From UHGV virus genome UHGV-0219032: 64,000 bases of DNA; one strand, 5' to 3'. How positions within the stretch are numbered: position 1 is the stretch's first letter; each line of letters opens with the position of its first letter. Origin of the DNA: a virus. A program made the translations under genes and the position numbers. Shown here in pieces: positions 46,752 through 57,382 of the stretch. A model generated the notes under the pieces. That model was not told the DNA's origin, did not search any database, and worked only from the letters and a program-made list of their open reading frames with translations.

Positions 46752-47750
46752 ATGGCAAGTATCATAACTATTAATTTTGAAGATAGAACAAAACCTCTTT
46801 CAGAGGTTGGTTTAAATAAGATATGCCTATTTACAGATTCAGTAGATATTGATTATAAAGAAGGAAATGAAATAACAGCATTTTCAGAATTAAGTTCTGG
46901 AATGGAAGGTTATAAGGCTCTTGAATTAATATTTGCTCAAAACAAACAAGATGTTGCTGTATTTGGAGTATCTGAAGTAACTCATTTAACTGTTAAAGAT
47001 GAGTTGGATAAAATTGCTGATAAAGATTTCTTCTTTATAGTAACAAATATTAAAGATAATGATTCTTTAAAAGCTATTGGAGAATGGGCATCAGCTCATG
47101 ATAAAATTGCAGTTTTAACACCAGATGTTGCTAAATCAGCGCAAGAAATGAAAACTTTAGCTGAAGGTTTAAATTCATCTAATGTTGCAATATATGCTCA
47201 TGCTGGAAATCCAGCTGGTTCTGGAATGGTATATTTAAACTGTGGAATAGCTGGGTTAATGTCTCCAAAAGAAGCTGGTAGTGCAACATGGGCATTAAAA
47301 TCACCAAATTTAATACCAAATATATTTTTCCCACTAGCTGATGAAAATACATTAATCAAGGCAAATGTTAATGTATGGGCTAATGAATTAGGTAGAGGTG
47401 TTACTAAAGGTGGAAAAACAACTGATGGTTCTTATGTAGATATTACTCAAGGAAAATATTGGTTAAAAAATAAATTAACATCAGCCTTAGCTTTATTATT
47501 AATGAATAGAGACAAATTACCATTTACATCAGAAGGTAAAACATTAATAACTGGAGCAATAGAAGAAGTTATTACAGCTGGAGATAGACAAGGTATTATA
47601 GTCAGAGATGAAACTACAATTTATGTTCCAGAGCCATTAGAATTATTAACAAATGATAGAGCTAGTAGAATCTGGAATGGAATCGAAATAGAAACTAGAG
47701 TTATGGGTGCTGTTGAATCTATTTCATGTAAATTCATATTAAATGTTTAA
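46752..47750 (+). CDS. tail sheath protein (small XkdK-like)
   Basis: 332 aa, immediately upstream of the tube gene. Strong RBS ggagg. Confidence 0.45.
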   Translation: MASIITINFEDRTKPLSEVGLNKICLFTDSVDIDYKEGNEITAFSELSSGMEGYKALELIFAQNKQDVAVFGVSEVTHLTVKDELDKIADKDFFFIVTNIKDNDSLKAIGEWASAHDKIAVLTPDVAKSAQEMKTLAEGLNSSNVAIYAHAGNPAGSGMVYLNCGIAGLMSPKEAGSATWALKSPNLIPNIFFPLADENTLIKANVNVWANELGRGVTKGGKTTDGSYVDITQGKYWLKNKLTSALALLLMNRDKLPFTSEGKTLITGAIEEVITAGDRQGIIVRDETTIYVPEPLELLTNDRASRIWNGIEIETRVMGAVESISCKFILNV

Positions 47751-47769
47751 GATTAAGGAGGTTTAGTTC

Positions 47770-48180
47770 ATGGCTAGAATTTACAACCCAAAAGAAGTAA
47801 TATGTTCAGTTGCTGGGGTAATAGTTGAAGGGTTTGCAGAGGGAACATTTTTAGAGGTAACTACAACAGAGGATATGCACACTTACTCTGGTGGTTCTGA
47901 TGGAAATGGAACTTTTAATAGAAACCCAAATCAATCTGGAACTATAAAGTTTACTCTACAACATAATGCAAAATCTGTAAATATACTTTCTTTATTAGGA
48001 GGTTTAAACAGTATGCCAATACCTATTATTATTCTTGATAATAATGAGGGTGGACAAAAAGTTTTAGGAATTGACTGTTTACTTCAAAAACAAATAGATG
48101 TTGCTAGAGCCAAAGAAATTGGTAGTGTTGATATAACATTTATTGGTGAGAAAGTTTTAGTAGTACCTATTGGTGGATAA
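47770..48180 (+). CDS. tail tube protein (XkdM-like)
   Basis: 136 aa, after the sheath gene. Strong RBS aaggagg. Confidence 0.5.
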   Translation: MARIYNPKEVICSVAGVIVEGFAEGTFLEVTTTEDMHTYSGGSDGNGTFNRNPNQSGTIKFTLQHNAKSVNILSLLGGLNSMPIPIIILDNNEGGQKVLGIDCLLQKQIDVARAKEIGSVDITFIGEKVLVVPIGG

Positions 48181-48209
48181 AATTATAAGAGAGTTTAAGG
48201 AGGAAAAGA

Positions 48210-48746
48210 ATGGCTAATAATATAGATATAGCAAAGGAATTAGGATTAAATAAAGATTATACAAGTTTTAAATTAGGTGATAAAAATTATATTATGAGAA
48301 AACCTACCGCTATGGAAGCAATAGAATTAGAGGATAGAAATGCTGAATTAGATGGTAAAGTTGATATATATGGTTATATATCTGATATATTAAAATTTGT
48401 ATCTCCACAAATATCAATTAATGATGTGATTAAACAAAAAGATAGTGTAATAGTAGTTGGAGAACATACTTTACACTTTAATAAAGTAACAATAGAACAA
48501 GGATTTAAAACAATTCTTTCTACATCAAAAATTGGTACAAATTCTGATGGAGAAAAAGTTATGAAACTTAATAGACATGAAACTATTAAGAAAATTATAG
48601 AATTAGCTCATAAAGAAGATGAAAGTATAACACTTGATTGCTTTAAAACAAAAGATGAGTTAAATGAAATATTAGAAAAATTCCAAGCATTATTTGATAT
48701 AGAACAGGCTATGGAAGTGTATAATACCTTTCAAAGCATTGAATAA
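48210..48746 (+). CDS. tail assembly chaperone
   Basis: 178 aa, between tube and tape measure genes, with an overlapping downstream ORF. Confidence 0.45.
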   Translation: MANNIDIAKELGLNKDYTSFKLGDKNYIMRKPTAMEAIELEDRNAELDGKVDIYGYISDILKFVSPQISINDVIKQKDSVIVVGEHTLHFNKVTIEQGFKTILSTSKIGTNSDGEKVMKLNRHETIKKIIELAHKEDESITLDCFKTKDELNEILEKFQALFDIEQAMEVYNTFQSIE

Positions 48747-48960
48747 ACTTAAATATACATTTATAGATACAGAAACAAAAGAAATTAAAATTGCCTATGA
48801 TATGTATAAAAATGAGGTAAAAAATAATTTCTATAAATATATTTTATATTCAGTTGGAAAGGGATATGGAGACTTAAAAATGGCTAAAGAATTATCTTTA
48901 GATGATTTAATAGAGGCATTTCAAGCCCTAGTATTATTCAATGAACAATCTAAGGGATAA
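48739..48960 (+). CDS. tail assembly chaperone frameshift extension (candidate)
   Basis: 73-aa ORF in the +1 frame relative to the chaperone, with no RBS and a TTG start. The frame is open back to 48712. Confidence 0.4.
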   Translation: MNKLKYTFIDTETKEIKIAYDMYKNEVKNNFYKYILYSVGKGYGDLKMAKELSLDDLIEAFQALVLFNEQSKG

Positions 48961-48965
48961 GATAT

Positions 48966-48993
48966 GGGGATAATAGAAATATTATCCCTTTTT
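48966..48993 (+). terminator. rho-independent terminator
   Basis: gggataatagaaatattatccc followed by ttttttaaa. Confidence 0.5.
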
Positions 48994-49010
48994 TAAATAG
49001 GAGGTGTATA

Positions 49011-51155
49011 ATGGCAATAGAAACAATTAGAGACCTTGCTTTTAAAATATCTATGAGTGTAGAATTATCTAAGCTAAAAGAAGCAGATAAGGCTGTTGAT
49101 GCTTTTAAAAGTAAAGTTATTGGATTACAAAAAGATGTTTCTCAACAAATGAGTATTATTAATAAAAAATTTAATAATTTTAGCACTCAAAAAGCTATCC
49201 AAAAAATTAATGATATGACAAAAGCAACAGATAAGCTTAGAGAAACTATGGGTGGGGTAGTTGGAACTCCATTGGAACAAACTAAACAAACAAGAACAAC
49301 TAGACAAAGTAGAAAAAGAAAACCAGAGCCACAATTTACATTACCACATTTAGGTAGATTAGCTAGTTGGAGTAAAAAAACTACACTTGTAAGTAGTTTA
49401 GCTATGGCTGGGTATTACTCTATGTTACTTAAAGTTAGAAATGTTGGATTACAAATTAATACTAATAGTGAAAAAAATGAAAAATTAATTCAAAAACAAA
49501 GAGAAGCAACAAAAGGTTTAGTTAGTTCATTAAAAAATGTTAGAGATTTTGTAGGAAAAACTAATTTTGATATTATTGGTGGAGTAAAAGGTTTAAGTAA
49601 AATGGTAAGCTTATCATTAATTATGGCTGGTATTATGAAAGGTATTTCATGGGGTCAACAAGCTTATAATAAATCTTTACAAGTATATGCTGATATGACA
49701 GATGGTTTAGTAAGACAAGAAGCCTTTTATGCCAATGCTTTAAAATATAGAGAAAAAATTATGGGTGAAGCACTTAATACTGGTGCTAATTCTTATGAGG
49801 AATATAGACAAGTTGCACAAAAATCACTAGCTGAAACTAGAAAAAATATAGCTTTAGTTGCAAAAGAAGGTGTAGTTGGTGCTAAATCTTTAACTATTAT
49901 GACGGGTCAATTAGCTTCTTTCCAAATAGATACTGATGCTTGGTTTGCTGGAGAACAAGGAGCTAGACACATTAATGCTTTAGCTGACTTAATGTCATCT
50001 ATTCAATCAAAAACTGGAAGTAGAGATGAAGCTTTAAGAACAGCCAATATGATAGGTAAAGCTGTAACAATGGGTCATTTTGGACAATTACAAAGATGGG
50101 GTATTGTTCTTAGTGATGAACAAAAAGAATTAATTAAAACTGGTACAACAGCAGAAAGATTAAGTGCTATTATGCAAGGTTTAGAACAAAACGTTGGTAA
50201 CTTTAACAAAGAGATGTCAAAAACACCTCAAGGTAAATTAATGCAAGTACAAAATAAAATAGGTACTCAATACTACAAACTAGGTAAATATATGATTTTT
50301 TTAAGAATACAAATGTTAAAATTGTATAATGCTTGGTTACCTACAATATCTATTAGTGTTAGAATGGTTGGTTCTATAATTGGTGTTGTAGCAAAATTAT
50401 TAGAAAAAATAGGTGATTTATTTTCATTTGTTTTAGCTCCAACTGAAGAATTAACAGCTGGTATGAAATTATTAAGACATGCAATTTTAGGTGTTGGTGG
50501 TGCATTATTGATAGCATTTGCTCCATTTTGGGCTATTGTTGGTGGAATACTATTATTGATAGAAGATTTTTGGACATACTTAAATGGTGGGGAAAGTGTT
50601 ATAGGTGATGTTATAGAATGGTTTGGAGATTTATGGGAAAAAATTGTTAATGTATTTGAATCAATAAAAGAAAAAGTAATTTCTGTATGGGATATTATTA
50701 AAAGTAAATTCTGGGAATTTATTGATTGGGTGAAAAAATGGTATAAAATAATCAAAGAGAGATTCTTTGAGTTTATTATAGATGTTCAAAGTAAAATATT
50801 AAGTATTTTCTTGGATATTGGAAATAAAATTAAAGAATTTTTTAATGATAAATTTCAATGGATTACATCAAAGATTGATTGGATAAAAGAACAATTCAAG
50901 AAAATTCAAAAATTAAATCCATTTGCAGATGATGACCCAAGTTTACCACAAGCAACTCCAAATGATATTACTAATAATAATCCTAATGCACTAACACAAC
51001 AATTAGCAAATATATTGATTCAAAATGGTGCTATTCAGATAGATATGAGCAATTCAAATACAGATTTAACAGAGGAACAAATTTCTAAAGCTGTTGAAGA
51101 TGGATTTAATAAAGCTCTAATTAAAGCATCTATACAAGAAGGAGTTGTTTTCTAA
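49011..51155 (+). CDS. tail tape measure protein
   Basis: 714 aa with a coiled-coil N-terminus and central hydrophobic segments (LLIAFAPFWAIVGGILLLI). Position after the chaperone pair. Confidence 0.65.
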   Translation: MAIETIRDLAFKISMSVELSKLKEADKAVDAFKSKVIGLQKDVSQQMSIINKKFNNFSTQKAIQKINDMTKATDKLRETMGGVVGTPLEQTKQTRTTRQSRKRKPEPQFTLPHLGRLASWSKKTTLVSSLAMAGYYSMLLKVRNVGLQINTNSEKNEKLIQKQREATKGLVSSLKNVRDFVGKTNFDIIGGVKGLSKMVSLSLIMAGIMKGISWGQQAYNKSLQVYADMTDGLVRQEAFYANALKYREKIMGEALNTGANSYEEYRQVAQKSLAETRKNIALVAKEGVVGAKSLTIMTGQLASFQIDTDAWFAGEQGARHINALADLMSSIQSKTGSRDEALRTANMIGKAVTMGHFGQLQRWGIVLSDEQKELIKTGTTAERLSAIMQGLEQNVGNFNKEMSKTPQGKLMQVQNKIGTQYYKLGKYMIFLRIQMLKLYNAWLPTISISVRMVGSIIGVVAKLLEKIGDLFSFVLAPTEELTAGMKLLRHAILGVGGALLIAFAPFWAIVGGILLLIEDFWTYLNGGESVIGDVIEWFGDLWEKIVNVFESIKEKVISVWDIIKSKFWEFIDWVKKWYKIIKERFFEFIIDVQSKILSIFLDIGNKIKEFFNDKFQWITSKIDWIKEQFKKIQKLNPFADDDPSLPQATPNDITNNNPNALTQQLANILIQNGAIQIDMSNSNTDLTEEQISKAVEDGFNKALIKASIQEGVVF

Positions 51156-51772
51156 TGATAAAAATACTATGTTTTAATAAGGAATATATTACTGGAGATT
51201 TACCAGATATTGAATTATTACTCCAATCTGTTAAAAAATTTGATGTAAGTAGTGATAATGAGTTAAGTAAAAGAAGAATAGAAACAGGATTTGAGGTTAC
51301 AGACCATTCATATATTAAACCAAAAAAAATATCTATGAGTGGTATTGTTGGAGATGTAAACAAAAGACCTAGTACATTAATTGGGTCTTTTGGAATACCA
51401 ACAATAGGTTGGACTATTAGTAAAACTTATATTGAAGATTTAAAAAAGAATATGGAGAGAATTAGAAATGATAAATTATTTGTAGTAATTTATAATACAA
51501 AAGATGGAAAATATTATGAAAATTATTTATTAGAAAAATTAAACATTTCTGATTCATATGTATCTAAACATGGTTTTGAATACTCTATGACATTTCAAGA
51601 AGTTATGATTAGTCAAATAGGTGAAATTATTACATCAATAAGCTCAAATGCTCCAGCACAAAATGGTTCAAAAGGTCAAGGTGGTGCTAGTAATTCCAAA
51701 AATGGAAATGTTAGTTTACTAAAAAATGGAGTAAGATATTTAAAAGAAAAAATTAATTTTATTGGAGGGTAA
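51155..51772 (+). CDS. tail/baseplate protein
   Basis: 205 aa, directly after the tape measure gene. Confidence 0.3.
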   Translation: MIKILCFNKEYITGDLPDIELLLQSVKKFDVSSDNELSKRRIETGFEVTDHSYIKPKKISMSGIVGDVNKRPSTLIGSFGIPTIGWTISKTYIEDLKKNMERIRNDKLFVVIYNTKDGKYYENYLLEKLNISDSYVSKHGFEYSMTFQEVMISQIGEIITSISSNAPAQNGSKGQGGASNSKNGNVSLLKNGVRYLKEKINFIGG

Positions 51773-51775
51773 TTT

Positions 51776-52120
51776 ATGTTATTGGATTTAGATTTTGGGG
51801 ATATTTCTAATATTAAAAGATTATCCCCATTAAAAGAATTTGATTTAAATGGATTAATAATATCAATTAGATTATTTTATAATTTAGTTGATGATTGTTT
51901 ATATATGAATATGTATGATTCAAGTGATAATGTAATTGCTAATGGTATTAAATTAGTTCCAAATGTTAATTTTATTGCAAAATTAAATTATAAATTTGAT
52001 AGGAATTTTATGCTATTTATAGCAAGTACAAATGAAAAAAATAATTATAGTGATGTTACTGTTGATAATTTTGGAAAAGATATGGTGATGATGTATGCAG
52101 AAAATGTGGAATCAGATTAG
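51776..52120 (+). CDS. tail/baseplate protein
   Basis: 114-aa ORF. Confidence 0.3.
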   Translation: MLLDLDFGDISNIKRLSPLKEFDLNGLIISIRLFYNLVDDCLYMNMYDSSDNVIANGIKLVPNVNFIAKLNYKFDRNFMLFIASTNEKNNYSDVTVDNFGKDMVMMYAENVESD

Positions 52121-52967
52121 GGAAGTTGAAATATTATATGATGATAACAATGCTTATAAAATAACATATAATGAAATTGATATAAATTTTAAAATAACTT
52201 TTACAAATGATAAAAACTCAAATGTTTGCGAGGTAAATTTATACAACCTATCAATGACTACTATTAATAATATAAAAAAAGGTGCATATATCAAAATAAA
52301 AGCTGGTTATGAGGATTTTAATGGTTATATTTTTACTGGTAAAATTGATGATGTATCTACTGAAGAAAATAAGGGAGATAGAATCACAACATTAAATTGC
52401 ACTCCAGATGCTACATCATGGAATAATGAATTTGTTAATAAAAGTTGGTCTAGGGGAACAAAAGCCAAAGATATAGTTGAACAAATTGTTCAAATGGTTG
52501 GTTGGAGTATTGGAATGTTGGAAATAAAAGATTTACAATATAATGGTGGAAAAGTATTTAGAAAATTAGCTAGAAGCTGTTTAGAGGAAATAGCAAAAGA
52601 TACAAATAGTTTATTATATTTTAATAATGGTATTATATATATGTACCCAGCTAATAAAATTTTTAAGAAAACTATTGTATTGAGTCCATTAAATGGTTTA
52701 ATAGAAACACCAAAAAGAGAAGTTTCTCAAAAAAATAAATCAGAAAGCTATAAAATAAAAAGTGCTTTAAGATATGATTTTCAAGAAGATGTTATAATAA
52801 GAATTGAAAATTCAAAATATATTGACCCAGTTGATTTAAAAATAATTAATGGTGTACATCATGCAACAGATAATGATTTTTATACTGAATTAGAATGTAA
52901 AAAAGTTTCAGATATATCAAAAGATATGGAAGAAGATAGTGTAGTGGAAGAAACAGAAATAGTATAA
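52095..52967 (+). CDS. baseplate hub-like protein (XkdQ/gpD-like)
   Basis: 290 aa; position and size. Confidence 0.35.
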   Translation: MQKMWNQIREVEILYDDNNAYKITYNEIDINFKITFTNDKNSNVCEVNLYNLSMTTINNIKKGAYIKIKAGYEDFNGYIFTGKIDDVSTEENKGDRITTLNCTPDATSWNNEFVNKSWSRGTKAKDIVEQIVQMVGWSIGMLEIKDLQYNGGKVFRKLARSCLEEIAKDTNSLLYFNNGIIYMYPANKIFKKTIVLSPLNGLIETPKREVSQKNKSESYKIKSALRYDFQEDVIIRIENSKYIDPVDLKIINGVHHATDNDFYTELECKKVSDISKDMEEDSVVEETEIV

Positions 52968-53013
52968 ATTGACATATGTTTTGTTACGTCAATATTAAGT
53001 AGGTAGGAGGTAT
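52968..53013 (+). promoter_or_regulatory. late-promoter-like element related to the 47-bp repeat
   Basis: aaattgacatatgttttgttacgtcaatattaagtaggtaggaggtattat shares the same TTGACATA...cgtca...tatta...gaggtattat architecture. Confidence 0.4.
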
Positions 53014-53020
53014 TATTTTT

Positions 53021-53770
53021 ATGATTAATAAAATTATAAATCTTATTAATGGTATGATACAAAAAAGTAAAAATGAATTACATACTTTTGCACTTGGTAA
53101 AATAGAATCATTTGATACTGTTAATATGAGAGCTGAAGTTTATTTATTAGAAAATATAAGATATAAAAATAAATATTATCCTTCTAATACTATTGTTGAT
53201 TGTTTGGTACAATTTCCAAAAACTGATTCTTTTTATATAAGATTTCCTTATAAAAAAGGTGATAAAGTCGCAGTAGCATTTTGTGAATCAAATATAGCCG
53301 AAATAATGCTTACAGGTGAAAGAACAAATCAAACATTAACTAGGAGACATGCCGAAGATGATTTAGTTATTATTGGTGGTTGGATTTCTGAAAATAATGA
53401 TATTAGGTGTACATCAGATAATACTAAGGATATAGTAATAGTAAACACAAAACATAATTCTATGATTACATTTACTGAAGATAATAATATTAATATAACT
53501 AATATTAATAATATAAATGTTCAATGTGTTAATGCTAATGTAGATGCCAATACAACAACTATTACAAGTCCTACCACAACAATTAATGGAGAAACAACAA
53601 TTAATGGCAATACAAGTATAAATGGAAGTTTAAATGTAAGCCAAAAAGTATCAACTCCTACTGTGAGTGCTGGTAATAGTTTAACAGTTGCCGGTAAGGA
53701 AATGAAAGGTCATACTCATAGTTATAAACCGGGAGAAGGAACACCTACACAAACAGGTCAACCAACATAG
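53021..53770 (+). CDS. baseplate spike protein (gpV-like)
   Basis: VQFPKTDSFYIRFPYKKGDKVAVAF (gpV OB-fold-like) and a C-terminal beta-helix-like TTITSPTTTINGETTINGNTSING. Confidence 0.45.
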   Translation: MINKIINLINGMIQKSKNELHTFALGKIESFDTVNMRAEVYLLENIRYKNKYYPSNTIVDCLVQFPKTDSFYIRFPYKKGDKVAVAFCESNIAEIMLTGERTNQTLTRRHAEDDLVIIGGWISENNDIRCTSDNTKDIVIVNTKHNSMITFTEDNNINITNINNINVQCVNANVDANTTTITSPTTTINGETTINGNTSINGSLNVSQKVSTPTVSAGNSLTVAGKEMKGHTHSYKPGEGTPTQTGQPT

Positions 53771-53778
53771 GAGGTATT

Positions 53779-54165
53779 ATGGCAACAGCAAAAATGATAT
53801 TTAATGATGAAAATTCATCTTGTGATTTATATATAAATGGTGAAGGGAAAGTAGAAATTATTTCTGAAAATAAAGAAATTGCTCAATCATTAAAAGATGA
53901 ATTAGAATCAAATATGAAACAATGGTATTTGGGATATTATTGGGGATTAAAAATGCTACAAGATGATGGTAGTGGTATTTTTGATAGAAAAAATATAACA
54001 GATGATGAAATTCAACAAGAATTTCAGAGAGTTATATCTAAGAATAAAAATATTTATAATACAAATTTTACAAAAATTGAAAGAAATGATAGAAATATGT
54101 ATATAGAAATTGAAATACAAACAAAATATGGAACAGAACAATTATCTATATCTTTAATAAGTTAA
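53779..54165 (+). CDS. baseplate protein (gpW/gp25-like position)
   Basis: 128 aa, between spike and baseplate J. Confidence 0.3.
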   Translation: MATAKMIFNDENSSCDLYINGEGKVEIISENKEIAQSLKDELESNMKQWYLGYYWGLKMLQDDGSGIFDRKNITDDEIQQEFQRVISKNKNIYNTNFTKIERNDRNMYIEIEIQTKYGTEQLSISLIS

Positions 54166-54174
54166 GGAGGTTGC

Positions 54175-55326
54175 ATGGAATTAGATAAAAATGGATATAG
54201 GGTTGCAACCTATGAGGAAATTTTAAATGAGATAAATAATGATATAAAATCTCAAATTCCAGAATTATCCTTAGATGATAGTAACCCTTTAATAAAAATT
54301 AATAAAAAAATGGCTGATTTATTTCATAGAATGAGTTTAGCTGGAGCAAGTACATATAAATCTTATTCAATAGATGAAGCTAGTGGTAATGCTTTAGATG
54401 ATAGAGTATTTTGGTTAGGATTAACTAGGTTAAAAGAAACAAAATCTTCTGGTATAGTTGAATTTACTGGCGAACCAAATACAATTATTCCATCAAACTT
54501 TAGAGTATCAACAACTACAAATAAAATTTATTATACTTTAAATAATGTTACCATAGGTAAAGATGGAAAAGGTACTTCAGCCGTAGAATCTTTATATGGT
54601 GGTAGTGAATATAATGTTGAAGCAAATACCATTACAAGAATAGTAAACCCATTAAATGGGGTAAAAAGTGTTATAAATAAAAAAAGTATTACTGGTGGAA
54701 CGGATATTGAAAGTGATGCTAGATTAAGAACCAGATATTATAATACTTTATTGGGTCTAGGAAAATCAACTATTGTATCAATAGAAAATACAATATTAGA
54801 TAATACAACAGCTACAAAAGTTAATATTGTAGAAAATGATACAGATGAAGAGGATTTAGAAACAGGATTACCACCACATAGTTTTGAATGTTTTGTTTTT
54901 GGTGGAGAAGATGAAAATATATTAAGACAAATATATGAAAGTAGACCTGTTGGTATAACTTGTGTAGGTGATATTTCTCAACAATTTGATGGTTATAATT
55001 CAAAATTTAGTAGACCAGAAAATGTTGATATGAATTTTAAAGTAAAATTAATTTTATCACCGTCTAATACTATTCCAAATGTTAAGGATATTGTAACAAA
55101 CAATATTATAGAAGCAATTAATGCTATTGAAATTGGTGGAAAAATAGATTATACATTATTCATATCAGCTTTTTATAAAAATACTTATGACTCAATTAGA
55201 AGTTTTGAAAATTTTGAGTTTTATATTAACATAGGTGAGAAAAAAGGTTTAGGAGATTTTATTCAACTAGAAAATAATCAAATAGTTGGTATAACACCAC
55301 AAAATATTAACATTGAGGTGGAATAA
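54175..55326 (+). CDS. baseplate J-like protein
   Basis: 383 aa; assigned by size and position between the spike and tail-fibre genes. Confidence 0.5.
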   Translation: MELDKNGYRVATYEEILNEINNDIKSQIPELSLDDSNPLIKINKKMADLFHRMSLAGASTYKSYSIDEASGNALDDRVFWLGLTRLKETKSSGIVEFTGEPNTIIPSNFRVSTTTNKIYYTLNNVTIGKDGKGTSAVESLYGGSEYNVEANTITRIVNPLNGVKSVINKKSITGGTDIESDARLRTRYYNTLLGLGKSTIVSIENTILDNTTATKVNIVENDTDEEDLETGLPPHSFECFVFGGEDENILRQIYESRPVGITCVGDISQQFDGYNSKFSRPENVDMNFKVKLILSPSNTIPNVKDIVTNNIIEAINAIEIGGKIDYTLFISAFYKNTYDSIRSFENFEFYINIGEKKGLGDFIQLENNQIVGITPQNINIEVE

Positions 55327-55988
55327 TGGTTAAAAATGAATATGTAACATTAGAAGAAGTTTTAGAATCTTTACCTCATAAATTTCAAAAAGGTAAAAAT
55401 GTAAGAATTATATTTGAAGCTTATTTAAAACAATATAATAAAATATTAAATTCTTATGTTCAATCAAATTTAATGTTTAATATTGATAAAGCTGTTGGAG
55501 ACCAATTAGATAGAATAGGTAAGAACTTTCTTGTTTCTAGGGGTAATGATAATGATGATGATTATAGAGAGAATATTAAATTAGCATGGGTTGTTTTAAA
55601 AGCTAGTGGTAATGTTTATAATTTAAATACTATTTTCTTAGAATATTTAGGATTAGATAAAGATGTAATTTCAATATATGAAAAAGGAAATGCGAATATT
55701 GTATTGGAGTTAAGTAGAGATAGTCCAACTCCAAATATCATATCAGCAATAAACTCTATTATTGCTTTTGGAAAACCTGTCGGTGTAGGATTTTCAATAG
55801 AACCATTTACTAATGTCATTATATTAGATACATACCAACAATCTATATTTGATATGTTAATTGATAGATGGAATAATAGATTTATGAATGATAATTTAGT
55901 AATGCAAAATGAATTACATATGTATAATACTTATTATATGAATGTAAGTGTTGATAAATATGATGATGTAGAAATTGAAATATTATAG
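55326..55988 (+). CDS. tail protein (gpI/XkdU-like)
   Basis: 220 aa, after baseplate J. Confidence 0.35.
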   Translation: MVKNEYVTLEEVLESLPHKFQKGKNVRIIFEAYLKQYNKILNSYVQSNLMFNIDKAVGDQLDRIGKNFLVSRGNDNDDDYRENIKLAWVVLKASGNVYNLNTIFLEYLGLDKDVISIYEKGNANIVLELSRDSPTPNIISAINSIIAFGKPVGVGFSIEPFTNVIILDTYQQSIFDMLIDRWNNRFMNDNLVMQNELHMYNTYYMNVSVDKYDDVEIEIL

Positions 55989-56000
55989 GAGGAATAAAAT

Positions 56001-56399
56001 ATGCCAATAGTAAAAACAGATAATGGAAGAGAAAAAAGATTAAAAGCATATAAGGGTACAATTTCAGCTCTACCAAAAATTACACATGTTGCTGTTGGAG
56101 ATGGTGGAAAAGAAGCTGATGGTAGGTTAAAAAATCCAGATTCTTCAAGAACATCTTTGTATAATGAAATTACAAGGGTTGCTGTATCTTTTGAAGATAT
56201 AAATAAATTTACAGCAAAATTTATTGGAGTATTAAACTCTGGAACAACAACAGCATTAGTTGGAAAAGATATAAATGAAATGGCTCTAGTAGATTCTGAA
56301 GGTACATTAATTACCATAGAGACATTTAGTCTATTTGGAGATGGAGGATTTCCAAAAAATTCAATAGTAAATTTAAAAACTCAACTTACTGTTGAGTAA
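56001..56399 (+). CDS. tail-associated hypothetical protein
   Basis: 132-aa ORF. Confidence 0.3.
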   Translation: MPIVKTDNGREKRLKAYKGTISALPKITHVAVGDGGKEADGRLKNPDSSRTSLYNEITRVAVSFEDINKFTAKFIGVLNSGTTTALVGKDINEMALVDSEGTLITIETFSLFGDGGFPKNSIVNLKTQLTVE

Positions 56400-56413
56400 T
56401 ATGGAGGTGTATA

Positions 56414-57382
56414 ATGGGAGTTGTCTATTTAAAAATTTTTGATAGAGAAGATAGAGAGAATGGATATTATATAGGAATAACAAATGATTTTAAATCAAGA
56501 ATGAACGGTCATAATTCTTATGCCTATACTAGAAAATCTCAATTACCAGTTTATAGAGCTATGAGAAAATATAACCATAAAACTGAAATATTAGCAGAAA
56601 TAGATGATTATGATTTATTAAAACAAATGGAGATTGAAGCTATTAAATTATTTAGAGAATATGGTATGAGGTTATATAATTTAACAGATGGTGGAGATGG
56701 CACAGTAGGTGTAAAATTATCAAAAGAAGTTATTGAAAGAAGGGCTAGTAAATTAAGAGGTAAGAAAAGAGACCCAGAAATTATTAAAAAGATTGCCACA
56801 GCCAATACCGGAAAGAAAAGAACTTTAGAAGTAAGGTTAAAATTATCAAATATTCATAAAGGAAAAGTTATACCAAGAGATATAGTTGAAAAGATTAGAC
56901 AAAAAAATATAGGAAAAACTAGAAGTGATGAATTTAAACAAAAAGTAAGAGAAAGACTTTTAGGTGTAAGTTTATCAGAAGAACATAAATTACACATATC
57001 ACAAAGTCATAAAGGTAAAAAACTTTCAGAAGAACATAAATTAAAAATAAAAAATTCAAATAAAGGAAGAAAACCAACAGAATTAAATATAAAAATGAGA
57101 ACTTTAGGTTGGAAGAAATATTATGAAAATGGTGTAAAACTTTCGGAGGAACATAAAAATAATATTAAAATTGGCATGAAGAAAACTCAAAAATATGGCA
57201 TAGAACATCATAGTACAAAGCCAATTAATTATTATGAAGATAAACCAATAAGAAAATATGATTTTAAATGTAAATGTAAAAAATTAAATTATAATTTTGA
57301 AGATTTTGAGGAAATATTTGCATTTAAAAGAAATGGATATAATTTATATTATTATAAGTATAAGGGAGGTTTAGATGAGTAA
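56414..57382 (+). CDS. GIY-YIG homing endonuclease with NUMOD3 repeats (free-standing)
   Basis: N-terminal GYYIGITNDFKSRMNGH...R...E...N. The C-terminus repeats LSEEHKLHISQSHKGKK / LSEEHKLKIKNSNKGRK / LSEEHKNNIKIG (NUMOD3). Confidence 0.7.
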   Translation: MGVVYLKIFDREDRENGYYIGITNDFKSRMNGHNSYAYTRKSQLPVYRAMRKYNHKTEILAEIDDYDLLKQMEIEAIKLFREYGMRLYNLTDGGDGTVGVKLSKEVIERRASKLRGKKRDPEIIKKIATANTGKKRTLEVRLKLSNIHKGKVIPRDIVEKIRQKNIGKTRSDEFKQKVRERLLGVSLSEEHKLHISQSHKGKKLSEEHKLKIKNSNKGRKPTELNIKMRTLGWKKYYENGVKLSEEHKNNIKIGMKKTQKYGIEHHSTKPINYYEDKPIRKYDFKCKCKKLNYNFEDFEEIFAFKRNGYNLYYYKYKGGLDE

